Shown here piece by piece: positions 43,768 through 57,446 of a stretch of DNA of 64,000 nt (positions within the stretch are counted from its first letter, which is position 1; every line of letters starts with the position of its first letter). The stretch is from Eledone cirrhosa. Taxonomy: Eukaryota. The notes below the pieces were generated by a model. It had not been told where the DNA came from. It worked only from the letters and a program-made list of their open reading frames with translations, and did not search any database. The stretch spans positions 16,988,001-17,052,000 of the forward strand of contig OZ024742.1 of NCBI GenBank assembly GCA_964016885.1. The letters run 5' to 3'. The translations under genes and the position numbers were made by a program.

Positions 43768-46200
43768 GTATGTATGTATGTGTGTGTGTGTGTAAATATA
43801 TATAAATATATATATATGTGTGTGTGTGAAAATATATATATATGTATATATATATGTGTGTGTGTAAATATATATATATATATAGTGTTTCATTGTACAA
43901 CAAGCAATTCATTAATTATCTCATGTTTATTGAAAATAAACTCCGGCATTAAATTATTTGAAATCAATTGCTAAAATAAACTATTAGGAAAAGTAAAAGA
44001 GACAAAAGATAAGTACTTGTCATTGATTAAAACAGTAAAATAGAAAGTAATGTTTTCAGTGTGATTTCAGTGCAGAAAATAAAAAGAAATGTAATTTTGT
44101 AATTTACATATGTATTGCCTCCAAAATATTGTGATACTTATCAACATATAGTATCACAATTACCAAATGTTTACCTAATGTTAATTATGTTGTGTTGAAA
44201 CTTTTAAATATATGTTTAAGAAAAGACGTAGGCTTGAACAATATATATATCAGGGAGGTTAAATTAACTTTAAGTAACTTCCATAGAAAAGAATTAGAAA
44301 ATAAAGTGAAATTAATAAATGAATCAATTAATGAACTTTTATATAAAGTTCTCATATCACTAAATCTATTTGTTGTACTAAATGCATTGACATACAAGCA
44401 GGATTGGATATTTAATGAGATTCTTGCATCACCCAGATAGAAATTACATGCGAACATATTTTACTTAAATGTGTGCCTCCCACTTATCTCCGTTGCCCCG
44501 CTGTCTCTCACTCTTTCTTTCCTTTTCTATCCGTCTTTATTTTTCTCTCTCTCCATTCCCTCTCTCTTTCTCTATCTCTCTCTCTCTCTTTATATGTGTG
44601 TGTGTGTACAAACTTTCTATTAATATAACCTATGTAATGTAATGTTGTAGAAGAGAGATAACTGTCGGTGAACCGTGTTCAATTCTAGATTCGTTACAAA
44701 ATATTACAAATTAGAACATTTTAATTGCACTTAAGAAATTCTCTCCTTTTTTAAAAATAGATTCTCCAACCATGGAAGGGTCGAGCCCACGACTCTTTTC
44801 AGGGCTTCTACGCCTGGTTTGAGAGAGGGAAGTGATTATCATCAGACCTGAACTCGGATCCAATTGATTGTAAGAAGTGAAATCCATACAAGGTCCTCGA
44901 GAGGTGGGTTTAATTTAAACCTTGAGTGGCCCGTGGCACTTCAGCTTTTGGGGGACCCCTCACACATAAGAAATTAGAATACACAGCCCTTCTCTCAATT
45001 TTATATATCAAAGTTTGCTTGGCGCAAGCAATTGGAATTGAAAAGATATACATGCTGGTATTAAATTCAAAGATTCTAACCATCCTAAAACTAAAAAGCC
45101 AAACTGAGAGCACAAATAAATTGCTATAGTCGTCACTGGTGCCCCCCCCCCCCCCCATACTGCATGGGGTCTCCCCCCCCCTCGAAGGTCACACAAAAGT
45201 TATAACTGGGTATGGATTAAGTTAAATACCAAGAAAAGGAATATCTATATATATTAAATCCCAGTGGAAGCCCCTCTCTGTTTCAGTTAGTCCCTACTGT
45301 TGCCAGATTTAGATTATTCAGATTAGTCAGAGTTCAGCGAACATAGAAGTTACCCGAAACGCAAAGGTCACTGTTGCAATTTACCGTTTCTCTATGTCGA
45401 TATCATATTTGATAAGTTCTCCGTTAGTTCCTCAATCTTTCGATAAACTGAATGTCCAACTCATAGATTACGATTTCAGTGATTGATTAATCTAGTGTTC
45501 CTCCCAGAGATCTTAGGAGGAGCAACGTTACACGGTAAAGTGCATAGCTCGGAGATCAAAGGGTTACTCCAGGTAGAACTGCTACTTCTCGGAATTAAGA
45601 AATCACAGCTCCGATACTATGACAAAGGATGTAGCTTTGGTCTGACCAGGTATTAAAAATTATGTTTTCCTTATCATAAGGTGCAAAGATACAACCAGTT
45701 GTGTCCCTTGTTTTAACAATGCAGAAGCGTCAATAACATTACAAATGAAAACTTAGAAAATTAGACATGAAAAAACTTTAGAAAATCTTCGTGTATACGT
45801 AGCCGATCTCTCGGACTCTTACAAAGCTCTGACAATATAAAGTTAATATAAATAATGATATGCTCATGTGCGGAGATTCTATGAAATAAGATATAAAATA
45901 AACTGAAGACTCGTAAAAGACGAAAAATGAAGTTCTCCACCGGCGGTTAAGAGGAAGCGAATCCCGTATCCTCCAGATACTGGCTAGGTACCTGGCTCGA
46001 TACATCTTAGCGTCTGATGGAGGATTGTTTTCTTATTATATCAAGTGTTAAACTAATATATAACTTCATGGTACTGTACTGCGTACTATGTGCTTCCGCT
46101 TACATTTCGCATATATATATTAAAATAACATATATATATATAGTTTCAGAAGATCCCGCTAAGGGTGAAAGAAGCGATTCTTTGCTTAAACTTTAATCTG

Positions 46201-46265
<65 letters not shown>

Positions 46266-46304
46266 AAATGTAAACAGAAGCACATAGCACGCAGTACCAT
46301 GAAG

Positions 46305-46342
<38 letters not shown>

Positions 46343-46376
46343 CTATTAGCTTTCTCAGATTATGTATTTACATGTG

Positions 46377-46425
<49 letters not shown>

Positions 46426-46748
46426 TAATAAATGAACAGAGAACAAAAAACAGAGAGGCAGTACAAATGATATGGTTTTTAGTTTCACGCTTGGGAGTGG
46501 GGGTTATTTATATATGCATGTTTAAATTCTGGTTCAAAATATTTATAGATATTTTCTACCTTATCCAATTTCATTTATGAATATGTGTATGTAGTCATGT
46601 GTTTTGATATACCTGCTTGAATACATCTATATATATATACAGGATAATATGTGCCGTTAGAGTATGTGTATAACCTATTTTGTATATATACCTTTGGGTG
46701 TCTAAGTTTATCTACGAGCGTGAGAGTGCCTTATGTACACACGCCTAC

Positions 46749-46870
<122 letters not shown>

Positions 46871-46920
46871 GCAAAGATATATATTATATATATTTATTTA
46901 TATATGTATGTGTGTTTATT

Positions 46921-46951
<31 letters not shown>

Positions 46952-47605
46952 GCATATGTGTTTATGCTTGTGTATGTCTATGTTTCTGTGTTCGTGTATG
47001 CGAGCGTGCGACTGGTATTAGTTCTAGCGATTAAAGACAGATAAATCATGTTGAGACAATATTGTTCCATTTGAAGTATACGACCATTGAAATAGTATCG
47101 ACAAATTGTACTTGTAGTGACAGAAGCTATATAGAGTGTAGCTGATCTGTTGTTTCATGAATCAATATGCAATCCAAGAGACAGAAATTAGAGTGGTCGA
47201 AGTTGATTACCAAACGTGTCGATAGCTATAAAGTTTTTACTGGGATCTATCAGGTGTTATTTGTTTTATACTTTACTGTTTTTTGCTTCTCTTTAATCAA
47301 TCCAAAAGGTGTAGAATTGAGAGTAAAACACAAGAACAAAAAAAAAAAAAATCAAACAATGATAAAATAAATACAGATGAAGTATAACCACACAGAAAAG
47401 AGTAAACAAAATTAAGTGATCACTAACGAAACTGTGAAAGGAGAAATGATAGTTGCCTTGCAACAAAACTAACAGTTCCAATGTGACCTTTGTATCTGAC
47501 ATTGAGGGCGATATCTTACAGTCAGATGAATAAATAATAACAGAAACAATGGAAATGATAACAGAAAGAATAGGACAATAAACAATGATAAATAGAGAGA
47601 TGATA

Positions 47606-47752
<147 letters not shown>

Positions 47753-47765
47753 AGAGAGAGAGAGA

Positions 47766-47845
<80 letters not shown>

Positions 47846-48077
47846 AAGAGGAGAGAGAGAGATAATACATATATAAATAAATGTAGGTAGGTAGATAGAG
47901 TAAAACGATTGCAGTTTAAGACAAGCAAATATACTGATGGCAAACAGTGGAATTATATCTTGCAGATTCAAGGGCGTATTATAAACATATATTGAGAGAC
48001 GAACGAAAAGAACAGATATCCATGCGCAAATATAACACTGCACTCGTAATCGGACTTTCAACTTGTTGAAGTACTTG

Positions 48078-48135
<58 letters not shown>

Positions 48136-48180
48136 CTCTCCAAATATATATTGAGCTCCGAATGCATACACACACACACA

Positions 48181-48251
<71 letters not shown>

Positions 48252-48254
<3 letters not shown>

Positions 48255-51200
48255 CCCAAGCTTCGGAAAAAGAAATAGAATGCAGCAATGGTCATGCACG
48301 GGAGAAAGTGGGACTAGCTTTATCCAACTGGATATCGCAGGCTACTACTCCTCAATCTTGCCCATAGTACTCAATAAGGCCCTATTTTTAGCGATGTCCA
48401 ATACGGATCTAACCCGAGAGGAGGTGCGCATCATCCACGCCGCACGATAGACCTTGATCCGTTTCGATGGAGACCTTTGGACCAGGAGTGATTGGCCAAA
48501 TAACTTTGACATCACGATGGGCTCCAGCGACTCCGCACAGGTAACTGACCTGGTTGGGCTCTTCCTGCTGAAGCAGATAAAAGATGAAATTCCCTGCCTG
48601 GGGGGCGGATTGTATCGTGACGATGCGCTCATCACAGTCTATGACCACAGCACCACTATGGTGGAGAGAATGAAGAGGCGTATTCGGCATTTCTTTAAGA
48701 ACCAGGGGCTCAGTATCGAACAAGACCTTAATAGAAAGGTAGTTAACTTACTAGAAACCACCCTAAACCTGAAAACCGAGCAATACTACCCCTACCACAA
48801 GCCCAACGAGAAACTTGTGTATTTTACGCCAAATCAAACCACCCTAGAACATAACTAAGGCCGTGGTGAAGAGTGTCTCGGACAGGATCTCCAGCCTGTC
48901 CGCGAATAAGGAAATATTCGATAGCAACGCAGATTATTATAACGCAGCCCTAAATAAGGCGGCACATGGCCAAAATATATCATATAGTCCGAGGCGCCAG
49001 GAAGGGGATGACCCAACGGACACCCCAATCCACGGTGTCCGAGAGGGGGGCCCTAATAATACAGGCAGAATGGAAACAACTAAGCACCATGAGCTCGACA
49101 CCACCACATGGGCGAGGGGAGCGAGTACGCATAATCATGGGAAGAATCCTAATACGAGTAGCGGTCTCAGGGGTGATACTAACCACCCCGGGCCCGACGC
49201 CCCCAACCGCAAGACACGTGGAGGGGGTGACGGGGGACCATTCCATTGGAGAGCTCCCAGCGCGGGCAACGACCACCCCACAGATCGGGCCGAGAAGGTA
49301 GCAAAACACATAGCGGCCAAATGGGAAGCAACAATGCGGGAACCACTAGCAGCCCAACAACTCCACAACAGCCCACGGCACGCTCAACCCACCCACATAG
49401 GAGTAGACGCAGAAAAATCACGTGATACAACTCACCCTACTCAGCGGCCCTAAAGAACGGCTTGGCCCGCTCATTCTTTAGAGCACTATATAAATGCTTC
49501 CCGAGGGACCATAGACACCACAAGATCTTCAACAGACACACTGCGAAGATGTGGCCCAACACATAGCTAGCATCAACAGGAGTAGACTTACAAACCACAC
49601 ACAACCAGAAGCCGGCAATATAAGCACCCAGCAGAACCATGTGGAAGTAAAGAAGGGTGGACCCAGTGCCCATCCTGGAAACCCAAACAGACCCAGGGAC
49701 CCCCCACCGGGCCCGGGGGAAGACCACCATATACCACGTACGGGAACCCCACACTAGGCACGCAGAGGTCGACCACCTCCTGCAACTGCAGAAACTTCGA
49801 ATTATGCCCCCTTAGTAATGAATGCCTTAGGAAGAACCTAATATACGGATGTGGAGTAAAAACCCCCAACTCTGAACACCTTTACATAGGAGCCACATCA
49901 ACAAGCTTTAAAGACGGATGGTATAACCATTGCCATTGCTTCAATAGGGAGGACAAATGGAAAAGTACGGCTCTTTCCAAACTGATCTGGAAGCTCAAGC
50001 TGGACAGAACCCCGTACTCTCTGCCCTGGTCCATAATCAGGAAAGTACCACCTGATAAAGGGGGATCTGGCATCTGCAAACTATGTCTGAGCGAGACCCT
50101 CGAGATACTAAGAGGTGGAAGCACCCTGATAAACCTCAGGGCTGACTTCTTCGGGACATTAATCACCTCAGGGCCGGGACCTTCCTTAAGATATATGGAC
50201 AGTAACAACACACTGGGATGTGAACATCCCTCAAGCTATAGGGACTTCTCCAGAACATGTAGACACCTCAGGGCCGGGACCTCCCTCAAGCTATATGGAG
50301 AGTAACAACACATTAGATTGGGAACTCCCCTCAAGCTATAGGGACGCCTCCGGGACGTGCAGACACCTCAGGGCCGGGACCTTCCTCAAGCTATATGGAC
50401 AACAACAAAACATTGGAATGGGAACTTCCCTCTAGCTATAAGGACAGCATCCCCACCATACACCTGCCTCGATCGACTCCTGTGACAACACATACTTATG
50501 CTTATGTCCATACATAGATACTGTTATTTAAGATTGTACATGCACAGATACTTACATGTGTGTGTGCGGGTGTGTGTGTGCATGTGCATATGGGAGTGTG
50601 TGTGTGTGTGTATCTGGGTGTGTGGGTGTGGGTTTATAATGTGTGTGTTTGTGTGGGGGGGGGGGGGGTGCTTAGGGGATGCACCTGGGCCTGTGCCTGT
50701 GCGTGTGTGCTTGGAACGATGTGAGTTGACATACACACATATGAGCTCTATGCCAAAATGGGAACTGCAGTCTTCTGCATTTCCGGATTTTAACACTCGG
50801 GTTCTGGGGTATTACACTCCACCATTGTCTCATTTGCTCTTAAAACGCACCACACCATGATAGTGGAAAGATTGATTCTGACACAGCCTTTCTACTTTGG
50901 TCAATATCTTCCAAATCTTTCAAACTTTGAGTTTGGTTATAACACACCCGCATTTTATTTGATTGTCTTATTCTATTCTTTTATTATCTTATTCCTTTTA
51001 CTATTTTATCATTTTTTTGTTTATTTATTTTCTTATTTTATTTTACTTTTTTATTTCTTTATTTTATTCTTTTACTTTTTATTTTTTTACCTTTTCATTT
51101 CATTTTATTTTTCTCTTCATTTTTTTATTTTTTATTTTCTTCATTTTATTGTCTTTTATTTCTCCATTTTACTTTATCTTATTTCTTCATCTGCTTGGCA

Positions 51201-51959
51201 CCCCCCCCCCCCCCACACACACACCACCACCACTACCACCACCACCACCACCACCACAACGAGAAATGGTGGCAGGATAGATTCCAACACACAAACACAA
51301 AATTCTTCTAAACATAGCAGCAGCCGGACTTAAGCTGACCCCAACACCAACACCACTACCAACATAAGGGATGAGGTCAGCGGTACTTAATATTAACAAA
51401 AACAACCACTAAGATTGCCTCGCCTCAGATAGAATTTCTATAGACTTTTGACTAAGGAATGTTCTCACAATTGACCAATGGGAGGAGAGGGTGTCCTTTG
51501 ACGCTGAATTGTGTTTGTTCGAATTCGTATGATTCCAGTTCCTCATAGAAATAACAACCCAACCAGGAACTGGGCATATCGGAGTATTGACGGCGTTAAA
51601 CACCTCAACAACATGTGTACCCGTCTCTACCACACCAATTTGTACTGCATGAAGGGGACACAGCCAAAGATCGCTGTCACCGAAATATATATATCAGTAA
51701 TAAACGAAGCCAAATTTTAAATATTTGACTTATTTATTTTATTTTATTTTATTTTATATGTGTTGTTACTTGTCTCACTCGCTTTACGCGTTTCTATTGT
51801 CCTAATAACTTATTTTAGTTATTATCGCTCCAACGTGAGGTATATGATTTTTAATGCGATGAAATGCCCATGATCATTTGGTAAATCACTGATGGGGGAC
51901 TCATTTTATAACATGTTATCTATGTGCAACCAGCAGTATTCTTCTCACTCATATTTTTC

Positions 51960-51960
<1 letters not shown>
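48252..51960 (+). mobile_element. Decayed 5'-truncated Penelope-like retroelement (RT + GIY-YIG; resembles Naiad-type sequences)
   Basis: RT: [40 protein letters not shown]. From 49781 manual translation gives CNCRNFELCPLSNECLRKNLIYGC...YIGATSTSFKDGWYNH...STALSKLIWKLK...CKLCLSE. Multiple stops and frameshifts. Hammerhead-like motif 51645-51699; TA tracts both sides. Clade assignment is from memory of motifs. Confidence 0.92.
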
Positions 51961-51990
<30 letters not shown>

Positions 51991-51999
51991 TATATGTAT

Positions 52000-52039
<40 letters not shown>

Positions 52040-53210
52040 GGTAAATTTCTTTAAGTCGTTTGGAAGCCTCGACAATGCAAATGCGTAAATCTACGGGTAA
52101 TAAGATCCGGTGGTGGAGAGAGAGATGTAAGTGGGTGTACGTTGAGATGCGTGGCGTGTATAAAGCGTGTAGAGGAATGAAGGAAAGAGCATAAAGGATA
52201 AAATAAAAATAACAACACGAGAGAGAGTTACCTTGGGAGAGATTTAATTGTCCCTATATATTTCGAATTCCCATCCATCAACTGAGGTTTTTTCCGGGGT
52301 GGGGGAAAGGTTGTCTGTCGGAAAGGTGCGAAACGCGTCCTCCGCTATTCGTTGTTTTGAATATCTGAGGTATTCAGCAGAGCGCGCGCGCGCGTGAAAT
52401 GGGGTCGGCCAGGCAGAGGTCAGCGGCCGAAGTAGTTCTTTCAAATGTAGGAGTGGGGTGGCGCTAACTGTCAGTCCATTCTCTGCCTGTTTGTTAAATG
52501 TTACTGTGTGTGTGTATGCGTGTGTTGTCTCGCTTGAGTGTGTGTGTGTGTGCGTGTGTTGTTGCCTTGTTCCTCTGTATTGGCAGTGTAGTATGTTCGT
52601 ATGGTGGAATGCTACTGTGTGTGTGTGCGTGTGTTGTTGTCTCGCTTGTGTGTGTGTGTGTGTGCGTGTGTTGCTGCATCGTTTGTTAACTTAAACCAAC
52701 CACCTCATTTCGCTTCTCTCGGATCGATTGTTTGTTTGTGGCTCTAGGCATTTGATCCAAAGTGCTTCCTTGATACGTAATGTGCCGACGTTTCTTTCAG
52801 TCGCTAGAATTGTGATAATGGGCCTTCCGTATTTGTTTCCGCATTTGTCTATGTGTTTCCGGAAAGTCGAGGCCCTGGTTTTAGTGTGTTCCTTGATCCG
52901 GATGTGCAAACGTCGGATTTTGCTAGGCAACAGTTCGTATGGCGTATCGGGCAGTCTCTGAGGGAACACGCGTCAGTTGATTTCCCGGGTTTCCTGGAGA
53001 GGCATCTTCGCAGGGAGGGGCCCGAGTGGGCCAGGTGGATGTCGAGGCCTTCCATCCGTATAGACTTGCGGATAGCGTTGGTGGTATTCTCGCCCAGGTG
53101 TGGCATTTGAAGGAAGCACTTGCCTTGGGTGCCTCTCTGTTTCTTGTGTCTGGTGTCTCCTACTCTGTCTGTGAGCAAGGTAGGGTACCCGTTCGTCTCC
53201 AGCACCTCGA
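52040..53210 (-). mobile_element. Penelope-like element 3' fragment (GIY-YIG core partly deleted)
   Basis: LETNGYP...CSLRDCPIRHTNCC, then RLHIRIKEH...LRIKEALWIKCLEPQTNNR. Possible degenerate hammerhead ~52299-52252. Ends at a TA tract. Confidence 0.82.
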
Positions 53211-53487
53211 GGAAGGCGCATGGCTTAGTGGTTAGAGCATTGGGCTTGCAATCGAGAGGTTGTGAGTTCAATTCTCGGACCCGGTGATGTGTTGTTTCCT
53301 TGAGCAAGACACTTTATTTCACATTACTCCAGTTTGCTCAGTTGTAGAAATGAGATGAAGAGGTACCGGCCTGCCCGCCCAGCCAGTGGGATGGCGTTAT
53401 CTCATGGCTAAAACAGCACAACATGCTGTGACCAGCGGCGCCGAATGGACGCCCGACAGACTGGTCGGTCAAGGTCAAGGTGATATA
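53211..53487 (+). mobile_element. tRNA-derived SINE with CORE-like central motif
   Basis: A box TGGCTTAGTGG, B box GAGTTCAATTC, then gtttccttgagcaagacacttt. Confidence 0.8.
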
Positions 53488-53569
53488 TAATCCAAAGGAA
53501 CTAATATTATAGAAAACAAAATTCACGTTTAAATTATGAATGTATTACACCAGCCTCTTCATATACCGT

Positions 53570-53731
53570 ATATATTCCCATATATGTTCCCATATATATA
53601 TTCCAATATATTTTCCCATATATGTTCCCATATATGTTCCATATATATTCCAATATATGTTCCCATATATGTTTCCATATATATTCCAATATATGTTCCG
53701 ATGTATGCTTCCATATATATTCCAATATATG
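53570..53731. repeat. Degenerate 12-bp tandem repeat TTCC(C/A)ATATAT(A/G)
   Basis: Directly visible, ~13 units. Confidence 0.85.
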
Positions 53732-54379
53732 TTATATAGGATATAGCCATTGAAATTTAAGTAGACCAAAGAATTTGGTGGGGTTGTATATCAGAGGATT
53801 GATTTCCTTGTGATTCGCGTCTAGCCTACAAAGTGAAGTTAGATGATTGTAGTCGGTGTTGTATCAATAAAAAATAAAAGCATACGGAAGACTGAACACT
53901 TACGAATTAAGTGAAAATCACGTTGTTATTCCTATCGGACCAACATGTGCCGAAAAACCTGACGGACTGTTGTGTCAATATTGAAATCGTAGAAATTGCG
54001 AATACCGACCGCTAAGATGTAATGGATAGGCCTTGGAGGTGAAGAGGAAGAATTGGTAAAATTGTTTTGCTGAACATGTTGACCATTAATTTAAATAGAC
54101 TTACGCAGCATCATCGTGCGGTTTTGTTGTTTATGGCCTAGAATGAGGGCCGGTTAAACGCGGCAGAAAAATAAGCCATGCTGATGATGTTTAGAGACGT
54201 CGCAGGGAATAGATGCGGCGTTGTGAGTCAATTGTGAGGACAGTGGAAGGCACGCTGATCGCTTGAGAAGATGCGATGCTACACAGGATGCTTCTCGTCC
54301 ATAATTGATAGAAAGGCATGTCAGGAGAAATGAAAGAGTTGCTATTCATCCTTTGCTTAGCATGATGAACATGTAATTA

Positions 54380-56658
54380 AAAAGATTTACCATGGACTAT
54401 CGTGCACGTTGGTATTGTGTTTAGTCTGCGAAAATCGGTGGTTAAATAGGGCAACAATGAGCCATGTTGAGGTACGTTTAAGCGGGTGGCATGGAATTGA
54501 TGCGGCATAGATAGCCATGGGAGTCTTGAAGGAGCACGGCGGTCAGGCAAAGGAAAGGGCCGAGGAGGGGATGGTGGCTGATAGTGCATGGATACGGCAT
54601 CCTGAGGCATGATGATGCAGTGGGACGACGGCCAGCAGGCAAGGAAGAGGGCAGGGGTGGACGGTGGCAAGGATGCCGCATGGTGAGCCATGGTAGTCTT
54701 GAAGGAGCACTACGGGCAGGCAAAAGAAAGGGCCGAGGAGGGGATGGCGGCTGACAGGGCATTGATGTGGAATGGTGATGCATGACGATGCAGTGGGACG
54801 ACGGCGTACAGGGAACGGAGAGGGTAGGGGTTGACGGTGGCAGGGATGCGACTTGGTCCCTCAAGACTGCCATGCCTAGGCAGTGGTAAGGCTCGGGGAG
54901 TGGATGGCGGCTGACAGGGCAGGGGTGCAACATGATGAGGCATGACGAAAGGGCAGGATGCATGGCGGCTGACAGTGCGTGTATGTGGCATGCCAATTGA
55001 ATTGCACCTCGGGAATGTAGAGAGCACCGGGAGGCACTATGATTGTTTGAGAAAACCGGGTGCAAGGCACGATGTTTATCGGCGATACATGATCGGTAGG
55101 CTTTGGAGGAGAAAGGGATGAATTTTTGTTTAATTTTGTTAAATATGGTCAAAATGAATGTAAAAAGACTTACACAGGATCGTCTTTATGTTCGGTACTG
55201 TCTTTGATCTGAGATAATGGGTGGTTATGTGCGGCGCAGGAATAAACCATGTTGATGACATTTGAGCAAGTTGGTGAGAGGACAGCAATGCCGCATGGTG
55301 AACCATGGCAGTCGTGAGGGACCAACGCGTGCGGGCAAGGGAGAGGGCAGAGGTTGACGGTGACAGGGATTCGGCTTGGTTAGGCATGGCAGTCTTGAAG
55401 GAGCACGGCGGGCAGGAAAATAAAGGGCTGAGAAGGGGATGGCGGCTGACAGATCATAGATGCGGCATGGTGAGGCATAACGATGCAGTGGGTCGACGGC
55501 GTGCAGGGAGGGGAGATGGCCGGGATTGATGGTTGCAGGATTTCCGCATGGTGGGATATGGCACTCGTGAAGGACCAAGGCGTGCGGGTAAGGGAGAGGG
55601 CAGGGGAGGGCATGGTGGCTGACAGAACATGGATGCGGCATGGTGAGGCATGACGATGCAGTGGGACGATGCCGTGCAGGGAAGGGAGAGGGCAGGGGTT
55701 GACAGTGGCAGGGATGCGGCTTGGTCAGGCATGGAAGTCTTGAGCTCTCACGTAGTGTAGGCAATGGAAATGGGCAGGGGTGGACGGTGGCAGGGATTCG
55801 GCATGTTGAGCTGTGGCAGTCCTTAGGGACCACGGAGGACAGGCAATGGAAAGGGCCGGGGAATAAATTGCGGCTGACAGGGCAGAGATGCGCATGGTGA
55901 TGCACAACGATGCAATGGGTCGACGGCGTGCAGGAAAGGGAGAGGGCAGAGGTTGATGGATGCCTCATTATGCTACGGTAGTGGGACCACGGGAATGAAG
56001 AGAGCGCATGGAGGCTCGATGAACGCTTGAGAAGACTGGGCGCAATACACGGTGATGCGCGGCGGTATAGTCTTGATAGTCCTTATATAAGAAATTGAAG
56101 AATCTGCATAAAAGGTTTGCTGAATATGGTGAGCGTTAATTTAAAGAGACTTACGGTGGATAATCCTGATAGATTGAACGTTTTTTGCATGGCGGGAGTC
56201 GCGACAAATGGAAGCAAGAAGAATGGCGTTTTTCGGTTGCGGAATTTTGCCTCTGGGGGTCCGATTATCGATTTCACATAACCCACGTTGATCTCCGCAT
56301 CAAAATACATACCTACGTCAAATTCCATTGGAATCGGACAAATTTCGTAAATATCGATTTTTGCCTCTGGTGATCCAATTATCGATTTTTCGAAAATTTA
56401 ATGTAGCCCACGTTCATACCCGGATCAAATTACACACTTGCGTCGAGTTTCATCCAAATCGGACGATCTTTGAAAATATCGATTTTTGGCTTCTGGTGGC
56501 CCGATTATCGGTAGCCGATAGGTAGCCTATTCCAATCTACGGGTGGAGTTTATATATGTGTCAAGTTTCATGAAAATCGGATGAACGGTGTAGTCTGCAA
56601 GTTCGGGACACCAAACAAACAAACAAACAACGCCCAACTTCGCTTTATATATATATAG
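54380..56658 (-). mobile_element. Helitron-like element with internal GC-rich degenerate tandem repeats (left boundary uncertain)
   Basis: Minus-strand start CTATATATATATAAAGCGAAG, (GTTT)n, ccgattttcatgaaactt, like the other Helitrons here. Internal ~60/180-bp repeats at ~54500-54980 and ~55290-55970. No 3' terminus found. Confidence 0.5.
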
Positions 56659-56690
56659 TAATAATAATAAATTTGAAGACTAAAATCCAA

Positions 56691-56734
<44 letters not shown>

Positions 56735-56799
56735 TTGGATTTTAGTCTTCAAATTTATTATTATTACTATATATATATATAAAGTGAAGTTAGGGGTTG

Positions 56800-57022
56800 T
56801 TTGACACCGACGACAGAGCTTAAGCCGTTTCGACGGCTTTTTCTGGACTAGATTAGAATTTTTAGCGTGGTGTATATATATATATAGTCCAGAAAAAGCC
56901 GTCTAAACGGGTTAAACTCTGTGGTCGGGTCAAATATTTTCCTATTACCCACTCTACTACCCTAAGTATTGAGTACTCTGGTGCGTTATGGTCCATCTGG
57001 TTCCTTACCACACCTCCTTCAT
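56800..57022. mobile_element. Short fold-back element
   Basis: Inverted arms ~56801-56850 / ~56885-56933; homologous, in opposite orientation, to 62308-62490. Confidence 0.6.
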
Positions 57023-57038
57023 TATATATATATACATA

Positions 57039-57142
57039 CGCCGAGGTTAACTTTTCCTTTCATCCTTACGGGGTCGATATAATAAAGTACCAGTAATGCA
57101 CTGGGATAATTGCTGGCCTTGTGCCAAAAGTAGAAACAATTA
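57039..57142 (+). mobile_element. SINE 3' fragment (family of 3865-4035)
   Basis: cgccgaggttaacttttcctttcatccttacggggtcgat...ttgtgccaaaagtagaaacaatta. Confidence 0.75.
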
Positions 57143-57446
57143 TATATATATACATATATATAAAATATATATAAAATATATATATATATATAGTAATAAT
57201 AATAAATGTGAAGACTAAAATCCAAAGAGGGCTCGATAAGGATAAATATATATCAATATCAAATATATAAGAACCCTAGAGCAAATATTTATAAATATAT
57301 ATGTATGTATCTCTCTCTCTCTCTCTGCTTTGATTATGACACGAGAAGGCCCTGCTGACATATTAGAATGGTGATACTATTTTGGTGTCTATTGGAGGGA
57401 ACATAAATATGGTCGACCCAACACCGAAGTAACAGTAGCGTGTATT

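Noticed and set aside
45901-45935. Additional weak hammerhead-like motifs (here, ~489-550, and ~25490 minus)
   Set aside because: Half-cores are present but stems or the cleavage triplet cannot be formed convincingly.
48252-50220. Selenocysteine (UGA) recoding, reported for some Naiad-type Penelope elements
   Set aside because: The interruptions I checked are TAG/TAA stops or frameshifts (e.g. TAG at 48448-48450), not in-frame TGA at Cys positions.
53211-53285. Functional tRNA gene
   Set aside because: A and B boxes are present but the cloverleaf is imperfect and runs into a SINE body.
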